From: a virus
Taxonomy: Duplodnaviria > Heunggongvirae > Uroviricota > Caudoviricetes
Length of the DNA: 8,112 nucleotides
Strand: one strand, 5' to 3'
IMG/VR virus record: IMGVR_UViG_2925877141_000003
Positions 1 to 6,286 of the stretch are shown here, one piece after another. Position 1 is the first letter of the stretch, and each line of letters begins with the position of its first letter. The notes under the pieces are model-generated. The model saw only the letters and a list, made by a program, of their open reading frames with translations. It searched no databases and had not been told where the DNA came from. Made by a program: the position numbers and the translations under genes.

Positions 1-384
1 TTAATTAGAGTTATTAACAACGATATCCATCTCTAACCGGATATCTAATGCCATTAACATCCCTTCAATTATACCCTCAGCCTTCTGTAACCTTTTCCCG
101 ATATAACCATCAGAGCAGCAATGCTTACCTGCCAGTGACATGAATGTCATACCGACTACATAATAATCTACTAATAAATCGTGCAAATCACTGTTGTTCT
201 TTTTCAGACGGGCCATGCACCCGCAAATGATCATCGCGTCATCGTCACAACATTGCGGGCGAGATTTTACTTTTGAAGTAATTAATCCCTTAAAACCGGC
301 GGCAATGGACGACCAGGTCACATCTTCATGATTATTAGCCGCCCACGCTCCCCAACGCTCAAGAACCATCTGAATATCACGCAT
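1..384 (-). CDS. quuD: Late-gene antitermination protein Q (QuuD-like, phage 82/DLP12 type)
   Basis: Translation [26 protein letters not shown]...[14 protein letters not shown] matches my recollection of DLP12 QuuD. ATG at 384-382 is preceded by GGAG (minus strand GTGGAGTAAGTTGATG). Stop TAA is the complement of 1-3. The ORF track's TTG-extended start at 399 is not preferred. Confidence 0.88.
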   Translation of the reverse strand: MRDIQMVLERWGAWAANNHEDVTWSSIAAGFKGLITSKVKSRPQCCDDDAMIICGCMARLKKNNSDLHDLLVDYYVVGMTFMSLAGKHCCSDGYIGKRLQKAEGIIEGMLMALDIRLEMDIVVNNSN

Positions 385-469
385 CAACTTACTCCACAAA
401 AATCAGACCAGAACGCCAATTACAAGCAAAAATCAACAAAACAGTATTAGTTGATTGTTATCTCTGACT

Positions 470-607
470 TCATACTCCTGCTCCTGTCAGGGTTTTGGCG
501 TAATTCTTCAGTATTCGGTAATCGGTCAAAACAGAACCGGGGAAACGATATAAGCGCAGACGCCCCCAGCGGTGGCGAAGAAGTTCTGCCATATTAAACT
601 CAAACAT
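470..607 (-). CDS. ylcG: Small DLP12-type prophage protein YlcG (45 aa)
   Basis: Minus-strand translation MFEFNMAELLRHRWGRLRLYRFPGSVLTDYRILKNYAKTLTGAGV, read by hand. ATG at 607-605 overlaps the native rusA stop (TGATG). Stop TGA is the complement of 470-472. Sits between rusA and quuD as in DLP12. Confidence 0.7.
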   Translation of the reverse strand: MFEFNMAELLRHRWGRLRLYRFPGSVLTDYRILKNYAKTLTGAGV

Positions 608-678
608 CATTCATTCCCCATTTCGGTGATGGTCAGTTCCAGCCTCCCACCTTTGGTAACAGGCATCTTCACAACGCG

Positions 679-969
679 TTAATCAACGACCTGAGCATCA
701 TCCAGCCAGAAACCTGCTTTAGTGAGTGCGTCAAAAGCGGCTTTTTGCAGATTATCCAGGTCACGGCGACGGCGATCCGGCATGTGGCACTCAATGCGGA
801 TTTTCACAGGCATAGCCAGGCCGATATCCAGCATTGCGTTTTTAATGATTCGGGCGACGTTATCGCGGTATGCCTGCCCCTCTGCGCTGACGTGCGTGCG
901 CCCGCGATTATGGCGGTAATAGCGATTATTGCTCGGAGGCCAGGGTAATGTGATGTTGTAGGTATTCAC
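679..969 (-). CDS. rusA: Holliday-junction resolvase RusA, C-terminally truncated: in-frame TAA at codon 97 where the family has Tyr; native frame would run on to 607
   Basis: Translation [96 protein letters not shown] then TAA (complement of 679-681). The same frame continues RVVKMPVTKGGRLELTITEMGNE to TGA at 609-607. GTG start at 969-967 overlaps the ybcO stop (GTGA). The 154-aa ORF in the track is an upstream over-extension. Confidence 0.82.
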   Translation of the reverse strand: MNTYNITLPWPPSNNRYYRHNRGRTHVSAEGQAYRDNVARIIKNAMLDIGLAMPVKIRIECHMPDRRRRDLDNLQKAAFDALTKAGFWLDDAQVVD

Positions 970-1256
970 GCCTTGATTACCCCCTCTTTCATCCAGATAA
1001 CCTGCGTTCTCGCCATACCTTCCAGCGCGCATTCTTTTGCATATGCGGCATCGACAAAATGTGTGCGGCGGTCGATTTCGTCGTGGCAGGCAGAACATGC
1101 AATGGTGGCAATCAGGTCTGGCGGTTTGGTACCGGTGCCGCACAATCCAGTCAGCCGGATATGTGCCAGTACAGACGTTTCAGGGTTGCCATTACATACG
1201 CCAAGGATTCTTACCTGGCATTCCCGACCACGCGCTGCTTTTCTCAAATCAGCCAT
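966..1256 (-). CDS. ybcO: YbcO-like DUF1364 protein (putative nuclease, cysteine-rich)
   Basis: Translation [99 protein letters not shown] at 1256-1254 is preceded by a strong SD (AAGGAGGAATCATG) and overlaps the ninE stop. Confidence 0.85.
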   Translation of the reverse strand: MADLRKAARGRECQVRILGVCNGNPETSVLAHIRLTGLCGTGTKPPDLIATIACSACHDEIDRRTHFVDAAYAKECALEGMARTQVIWMKEGVIKA

Positions 1257-1419
1257 GATTCCTCCTTGCTGCCAGTCGCAACCATTTTTTATCAACCAGG
1301 CTGGCGGTATATCCGAGCAGTGTTGGTATTTCGGATGGCTTCAGCTCAGGTTTACGCTTACGACGATTTGGTACTCTGTAGATGTGTCCGTTCATGACAC
1401 GAATAAGCGGTGTAGCCAT
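1249..1419 (-). CDS. ninE: NinE protein (56 aa)
   Basis: Hand translation [59 protein letters not shown] at 1419-1417 overlaps the ybcN stop (TAATG). Stop TGA is the complement of 1249-1251. Confidence 0.9.
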   Translation of the reverse strand: MATPLIRVMNGHIYRVPNRRKRKPELKPSEIPTLLGYTASLVDKKWLRLAARRNHG

Positions 1420-1874
1420 TACGCCTCCTGCTTGTCGCGCAGCAGCTGGAACTCGCAGCTCTGCGGAATAGTCAGGTGGCAGCCAATATTCATCGCCCAG
1501 GCTTCAACCTTACACAGGAAGACATACATCTCTCCGGCATCAAGATCGGAGGTATGGCGTAACGACTGGATAGTGGTGATTTCACCGGTTACGACATCAA
1601 CCAGGTCCTTGGTTTCATAACCGAGGTATGTGTGTTTGAGAGCTTCTTTTACCCATGCTGCGGTAGCGAACGATTTCCCCCTGCTGATAAGGTATTCACT
1701 GATTTCGCTGTACCACATGTGGCTGAGTGCATTCTGGGAAAGACTGCGTTTCTCACGCCACGGTTTAAGCACCATGCGAAAGCATTTTCCGTCCTCCAGA
1801 TAAGGCTGGATCTGCTGGCCGATAGCGGTGAAGTTGCCGCGATGTAATTTGATGCCATCTTGTGGTAGGTTCAC
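1419..1874 (-). CDS. ybcN: YbcN (DLP12-type prophage protein, reported DNA base-flipping protein)
   Basis: 151-aa translation [45 protein letters not shown]...[12 protein letters not shown] matches my recollection of K-12 YbcN. GTG start (complement of 1872-1874) is preceded by GGAGGTGAAGC. Confidence 0.9.
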   Translation of the reverse strand: MNLPQDGIKLHRGNFTAIGQQIQPYLEDGKCFRMVLKPWREKRSLSQNALSHMWYSEISEYLISRGKSFATAAWVKEALKHTYLGYETKDLVDVVTGEITTIQSLRHTSDLDAGEMYVFLCKVEAWAMNIGCHLTIPQSCEFQLLRDKQEA

Positions 1875-2179
1875 GCTTCACCTCCGCAGAGGTCAAACGT
1901 TGGATGCAAAAAATCGCAGGTGCATTTCTGCATCTGTGAAGGGAGAAGAGAGTTTAGATTGTATGTGCGCATAAACGTCCCCGTTTAGCGCAACCCCACC
2001 GCCGGGTGTTCAGGCCGACAGTAACTATATTATTCCCTACTGTTTTTTAAAAATCAAAGGCCTTTATACGTCACACGAGAGCAAATATTTCCGAAGAAGA
2101 AACCTTTCGCCTTGAAAGGATAAAGAGTTCATTTCATAAATTGAAATATTCAATAAGAATATTGCAAAAAATGAAATTA

Positions 2180-2208
2180 TTTACTAGCGAGTCTATCTAA
2201 CTGATAAT
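2180..2208 (+). promoter_or_regulatory. Candidate sigma70 promoter for the downstream nuclease-like gene: TTTACT, 17-nt spacer, GATAAT
   Basis: -35-like TTTACT at 2180-2185 and -10 GATAAT at 2203-2208, about 90 nt upstream of the ATG at 2301. Pattern match only. Confidence 0.25.
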
Positions 2209-2300
2209 TATGAAGATTGTAAGCGGTAGCAATCACCCGCATACACATTGAACAGGATTTAATACAAAACGTCTTAAATTGTCCGTAAGGAATAGCACGA

Positions 2301-3803
2301 ATGACTCAAACTCCACTATTACTTGCAATCATATTTTTATTGGTTGTTCTTGTTCTATATATAGCTGCAATCAAACGCATCAAAAAAATACAATTAGAAT
2401 TAAGTGATAGCAATCAAAAAAATGAAGAATACAAATCTCGCTTTGCAGATTATTTTAATGTGGAAGAGGAATGTAAGAAGCTTATTGAGAAAACAGAGCA
2501 AGAATGCTCCATTATAAAAGAAGAGTCCCAAAAAGTAAAAGAAAATGCCAATAATGAACTAACAAACACCATTGAAAAAATGGATGGTATCAATAAACAA
2601 ATCCAAGAACTAAGAAGAACTTATAAAGAGAAGAAAGAAATATATGATAAGCTAGTAAAGCAAATTTCTATTTATTCAGAAGATGTTGAACTAGCCGAAC
2701 TAGGATTTTACGAACCTCATTTTAATTTTGAAGATTCAGAGCAATTTAAAAACAAAATAAAATCCATCAGGGATGAACAGAAATTAATGCTGCGGGATAA
2801 AACCCACTCTGGTGCAGTATATTGCACAACCCAATGGACTGTTGAAGGCTCTCGAGCAGAGGGTAAAAAAATGACAGACAGAAATATTAGGCTAACTACT
2901 AGAGCATTTAATAATGAATGTGATGCTGCAATTAGTAATTGCACGTGGAAAAATATCACTAAAATGGAAGAACGCATCACAAAGGCATTTGAGGCCATAA
3001 ATAAACTAAACGAGCAAAATCACATATATATAAATACTAAATACCTTAATAAAAAACTTGAGGAGTTGTGGCTTACCCATGAATATCGTGAGCAAAAACA
3101 GAAAGAAAAAGAAGAACAGGCAGAAATAAGGGCACAAATGAGAGAGGAGGAGCGTGCACAACGAGAAATAGAAAAGGCCATGCAAGACGCAGAGGCAGAA
3201 GAGCGCCGTTATAAAAAAGCAATTGAAGCTGCAAGAAAGGAAATGGAAAAAGTTACTGGTGACATGAAGCAGCGCCTCGAAAATCGCATTGCCGAACTAG
3301 AACAGAGTTTGTCGCAGGCTGAATCAAAGCATCAAAGAGCATTATCCATGGCACAACAAACCAAACAAGGTCATGTTTATATTATTTCGAACATAGGTTC
3401 TTTTGGGGAGAATGTTTATAAAATAGGCATGACACGACGTCTTGATCCACAAGACCGTGTAAATGAGCTTGGTGATGCATCTGTTCCTTTTATTTTTGAT
3501 GTGCATGCCATGATTTATTCGGAGGACGCTCCATCATTAGAAAAAAAACTACATGATGTCTTCGATAAAAAGAGAGTCAATCTTGTAAATCGTAGAAAAG
3601 AGTTTTTCTATGTTACTCTGGATGAGATCAAAGAAGCTGTTAAAAAACACTCTGATTCAGAAATTGAATTTATTGAGACAGCAGTCGCAAAAGACTTTAA
3701 TGAGTCATTGGCTATTCGTAATCATGAAAATAAAAAAATCGACAACAGCAACTCATCAATCATACTTGAGCGAAAAATCACAGAGTTTGCAGATGCAATT
3801 TAA
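2301..3803 (+). CDS. Membrane-anchored coiled-coil protein with C-terminal GIY-YIG/T5orf172 nuclease-like domain (DUF4041 or SNIPE-like architecture); candidate anti-phage effector
   Basis: 500-aa ORF with SD-like AAGGA at 2287-2291. N-terminal hydrophobic helix LLLAIIFLLVVLVLYIAAI, then about 300 residues of K/E/Q/R-rich coiled coil. C-terminal GHVYIISNIGSFGENVYKIGMTRRLDPQDRVNELGD (from nt 3369) fits the GIY-x(10)-YKIG-x(3)-R...E pattern. Confidence 0.85.
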   Translation: MTQTPLLLAIIFLLVVLVLYIAAIKRIKKIQLELSDSNQKNEEYKSRFADYFNVEEECKKLIEKTEQECSIIKEESQKVKENANNELTNTIEKMDGINKQIQELRRTYKEKKEIYDKLVKQISIYSEDVELAELGFYEPHFNFEDSEQFKNKIKSIRDEQKLMLRDKTHSGAVYCTTQWTVEGSRAEGKKMTDRNIRLTTRAFNNECDAAISNCTWKNITKMEERITKAFEAINKLNEQNHIYINTKYLNKKLEELWLTHEYREQKQKEKEEQAEIRAQMREEERAQREIEKAMQDAEAEERRYKKAIEAARKEMEKVTGDMKQRLENRIAELEQSLSQAESKHQRALSMAQQTKQGHVYIISNIGSFGENVYKIGMTRRLDPQDRVNELGDASVPFIFDVHAMIYSEDAPSLEKKLHDVFDKKRVNLVNRRKEFFYVTLDEIKEAVKKHSDSEIEFIETAVAKDFNESLAIRNHENKKIDNSNSSIILERKITEFADAI

Positions 3804-3828
3804 TTAATTTGTAGTTAAAACAAAACAG

Positions 3829-3858
3829 GCATCGTTGATACTTTTTGGTCAGCGATGC
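3829..3858 (+). terminator. Hairpin downstream of the nuclease-like gene (10-bp stem, 10-nt loop), possible terminator or RNA-stability element
   Basis: 3829-3838 gcatcgttga pairs with 3849-3858 tcagcgatgc (one G-U pair). Only TT follows, so the U-tract is weak. Confidence 0.3.
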
Positions 3859-4037
3859 TTACATCCTCCTCTCGGAAAACGTCGATTACTTGCAACTTTA
3901 TTTTTAATTTCCAGCAGCAAGTACTAATGCACAACCTCCATTACATACTGATTTGAACATCACGAATCCCGCCTCTAGCTTAAACTACAAAGTATTACCA
4001 GAATCAATCTTATTCATAATTAAACTCCACAGACCAA

Positions 4038-4101
4038 TTGAACATATGAATCCATATTGATATGCTACATCACAATGTGTTAACCATTAGATAACACATT
4101 G
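4038..4101 (+). promoter_or_regulatory. Candidate promoter (TTGAAC, 17-nt spacer, TATGCT) followed by a perfect 10-bp inverted repeat (candidate operator) upstream of the HD gene
   Basis: TTGAAC at 4038-4043 and TATGCT at 4061-4066. Inverted repeat caatgtgtta (4074-4083), spacer ccattaga, taacacattg (4092-4101), about 60 nt upstream of the ATG at 4163. SD-like AAGGAAA at 4151-4157. Confidence 0.3.
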
Positions 4102-4162
4102 AAACTATAAACATCATTACTATTTAAATTTCGTATTATAACTACAGCAAAAGGAAAGCCTC

Positions 4163-5710
4163 ATGACAAACAAAAACAAACTTGAGAACTTTGAAGACTT
4201 ACTTCTGGGGAAGTTTTTAGATCCCATACATGGAGTGATTCGAATAACTAAGCTAGAAAAAAAGATAATTGACCATCCTTTATTCCAACGACTACGAGAT
4301 ATCAGGCAGAACACGTTTCTATATAAAGTATTTCCTTCTGCAATGCACTCTCGCTTTGAACACTCTGTCGGTGTAATGCATTTATCGTATGAGATTTTGA
4401 AAAATATAAATTTGAATGCATTAATTTATGACCGAAAAAATATGGGCATTGATCTATATTTAGATATAAAAAAAATGCCTTCAAGTCTTATACAGGAGTT
4501 ACGTATTGCAGCATTGTTACACGATGTTGGGCATGGCCCACTTGCCCACCAATTCGATAGTTTTGCAATATCCGTAAAAGATTTCAAAGAAAAATGCAAA
4601 ACTGAAGGAAATAAACAATACGATAAGATTATATCTTTAAGTGATAATGACAAGTTAACCCACGAACAAGTATCATGTATTTTTATTAAAGAAATTATTG
4701 AAGAATTAAAAAATGAAGCCCAAGATAAATCAAATGACGACGATGTCTATAAAGAAAACATAGCGGCTATTAATCCAGAAAGCATTATAAAAATTGTTGA
4801 TAAAAGATATGATTTTAAAAATAACATTGAGGGAGTAAATGTATATCCTTTATTAGGTTCAATCATATCATCTTCACCTATAGATGCGGACAGAATGGAC
4901 TACCTACTTAGAGATAGCTACTTCTCCGGCGTTAAATATGGGATTTATGATTATGGACGATTATTAATGTCATTTATTCCTGTGAAAGTTGAAAATAGTG
5001 TTTACCTGGCATATAAAGAAAGTGGTATGGATTCAATACTAGAATTTGCCAATGCAAGAAGTGGGCTTTATAGTCAAGTTTATTTTCATAAGACCAATCG
5101 TGCACTATCTGCGATGCTTAACAAAGCGTGTTCTAGAAAAAAAACTGATGATGTTGTCTCTTTAAAATCTAAAAACACTCTCATTGAGTCCATCAAACAC
5201 TTTTATCGTGAAAACCCAGACAAAACGTTTTTAGAAAACACTCTTAAAAACACATTAGATAAAAATTCTCAAGCTATAATTCAAGATATTGTTGATAGAA
5301 ATGTTTGGAAAAAAATATATGAAAAAAAACACACGTTTTCTAATGTTAACATTTCCGACAACAGATACAAAGAATATAAACAAAATATATCTAAGAAAAT
5401 CAACAAAATCATTGAGGATAATTTAAAAGGAGATGAATGGGTTCTTGATTTTCAGATTGAAGATAACTTTAAAGATATCGATACAAGTCAAGCTAAAATA
5501 ATAAAAAAAGAAACAGGCGGCAAGTATACAATAAATGATTTATGTAAGTATAACGATGTACTTCAACCCTATCACTATGTTAAATTCTTTATTCGAGTTT
5601 TTGTTTCTAAGACAACTCAACTCCAAAACACCGAAGAAATTAATGTGTTAATAAAAAAAATAGATAAATGTCTTAATGATGAGATTGAACATATTAAAAA
5701 AGACAAGTAG
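4163..5710 (+). CDS. HD-domain phosphohydrolase of the SAMHD1-like dNTP triphosphohydrolase family (COG1078-type); candidate dNTP-depleting defence protein
   Basis: 515-aa ORF. N-terminus DPIHGVIRITKLEKKIIDHPLFQRLRDIRQ, then HSRFEHSVGVMHL, LLHDVGHGPLAHQFD and PIDADRMDYLLRDSYFSGV, the characteristic His / His-Asp / Asp metal-ligand motifs of this family. The C-terminal roughly 200 residues are K/N-rich and unassigned. Confidence 0.88.
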   Translation: MTNKNKLENFEDLLLGKFLDPIHGVIRITKLEKKIIDHPLFQRLRDIRQNTFLYKVFPSAMHSRFEHSVGVMHLSYEILKNINLNALIYDRKNMGIDLYLDIKKMPSSLIQELRIAALLHDVGHGPLAHQFDSFAISVKDFKEKCKTEGNKQYDKIISLSDNDKLTHEQVSCIFIKEIIEELKNEAQDKSNDDDVYKENIAAINPESIIKIVDKRYDFKNNIEGVNVYPLLGSIISSSPIDADRMDYLLRDSYFSGVKYGIYDYGRLLMSFIPVKVENSVYLAYKESGMDSILEFANARSGLYSQVYFHKTNRALSAMLNKACSRKKTDDVVSLKSKNTLIESIKHFYRENPDKTFLENTLKNTLDKNSQAIIQDIVDRNVWKKIYEKKHTFSNVNISDNRYKEYKQNISKKINKIIEDNLKGDEWVLDFQIEDNFKDIDTSQAKIIKKETGGKYTINDLCKYNDVLQPYHYVKFFIRVFVSKTTQLQNTEEINVLIKKIDKCLNDEIEHIKKDK

Positions 5711-5752
5711 AGCCCCCCTGATGTTTTAAAAAAACATCTTAACTATAAACAA

Positions 5753-5787
5753 AACGCCATTAGTTACTCTCAGTAACTAGTGGCGTT
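5753..5787. terminator. Near-perfect 16-bp stem hairpin (3-nt loop) downstream of the HD gene; T-rich tract lies on the minus-strand side, possibly bidirectional
   Basis: 5753-5768 aacgccattagttact pairs with 5772-5787 agtaactagtggcgtt (one G-U pair), loop ctc. On the minus strand it is followed by TTTTGTTTATAG. Confidence 0.4.
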
Positions 5788-5823
5788 CATGTCTAATGAT
5801 TGATCCGCAGTATTATCTGGTGC

Positions 5824-5852
5824 TTGTCAATCAGATTTATTCATTGTTTAAT
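5824..5852 (+). promoter_or_regulatory. Candidate sigma70 promoter in the cargo-side intergenic region, reading toward bet'-exo-int: TTGTCA, 17-nt spacer, TTTAAT
   Basis: TTGTCA at 5824-5829 and TTTAAT at 5847-5852. A 7-bp inverted repeat tgattga (5798-5804) / tcaatca (5827-5833) overlaps the -35. Pattern match only. Confidence 0.25.
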
Positions 5853-6058
5853 ACTACCTCAGCATCCTGTTATACGCTACACAACCATTATTACTCATCC
5901 TTTGAGTTACATTTAATATCTGAAATATTTTTGTGTTAATCAATGTGTGGATATATTCCCTACTAATTCACTAATTCATACAGCACCAAGCTAGAAACAT
6001 TGTTATAGTTCCCCGCACAAAGCAAACCATTAAATTTGATTGGATGTTTTCGAGATAA

Positions 6059-6286
6059 CCATCAAATCAAGTAATAACTAATCTCCCATATAACGATGAA
6101 ACCATGCAGGAGATTAACACTCTGCTGATTGCCCTGGACAAAACATGGGATGACGACTTATTGCCGCTCTGTTCCCAGATATTTCGCCGCGACATTCGCG
6201 CATCGTCAGAACTGACACAGGCCGAAGCAGTGAAAGCTCTTGGATTCCTGAAACAGAAAGCCTCTGAACAGAAGGTGGCTGCATGA
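6059..6286 (+). pseudogene. bet: 3' remnant of the lambda bet (Red-beta) gene; only the last ~60 codons remain, 5' part replaced by cargo
   Basis: Translation ...[62 protein letters not shown] matches the Bet C-terminus as I recall it. Stop TGA (6284-6286) overlaps the exo ATG (ATGA) as in lambda. The frame is open from the stop at 6056-6058; recognisable homology starts near 6095. Confidence 0.8.

Larger units (their letters stand above)
2040..6090. other. AT-rich accessory cargo region carrying two defence-like genes inside the prophage
   Basis: Composition shift counted by hand on single 60-nt lines: 17/60 G+C at 2341-2400 versus 34/60 at 1441-1500. The right boundary interrupts bet. Boundaries are approximate. 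Confidence 0.6.

Noticed and set aside
1-399. Q ORF starting at TTG 399 (MWSKL...)
   Set aside because: The ATG at 384 has a GGAG Shine-Dalgarno at proper spacing and matches the recalled QuuD N-terminus (MRDIQ); the upstream 5 codons are an ORF-caller extension.
722-948. Plus-strand ORFs 722-919 and 745-948
   Set aside because: Lie entirely inside rusA on the opposite strand; no RBS and no recognisable family.
679-1143. 154-aa minus-strand ORF extending rusA upstream to 1143
   Set aside because: The RusA homology begins at the GTG at 969, which overlaps the ybcO stop. The upstream 58 codons overlap ybcO in another frame and are Arg/Cys-rich nonsense.
973-1620. 215-aa plus-strand ORF (also 1037-1258 and 1059-1397) across the ybcO/ninE/ybcN region
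   Set aside because: Antisense to three well-supported, tightly coupled minus-strand genes; Ser/Arg/Cys-rich translation with no recognisable family. Shadow ORF.
1632-1858. ORFs 1632-1847 (+) and 1649-1858 (-) inside ybcN
   Set aside because: Alternative frames of the ybcN coding region; ybcN identity is strong.
2717-2998. 93-aa minus-strand ORF inside the nuclease-like gene
   Set aside because: Antisense to a 500-aa ORF with clear domain architecture.
3610-3807. 65-aa plus-strand ORF in an alternative frame at the 3' end of the nuclease-like gene
   Set aside because: Same-strand frame overlap with the GIY-YIG-like domain region; low-complexity K/L/Q-rich sequence.
3855-3956. 33-codon plus-strand ORF (MLTSSSRKTSITC...) between the two cargo genes
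   Set aside because: No Shine-Dalgarno; the start is embedded in the hairpin at 3829-3858. Cannot be excluded as a small protein, but unsupported.
4120-4653. Three minus-strand ORFs (4120-4314, 4302-4484, 4426-4653) over the start of the HD gene
   Set aside because: Antisense to the HD-domain motifs; no start context. Long antisense ORFs are expected in AT-rich DNA.
5796-5945. ~49-codon plus-strand ORF (MIDPQYYLVLVNQ...) in the cargo/bet' intergenic region
   Set aside because: No ribosome-binding site and no recognisable motif; the region is more plausibly regulatory.
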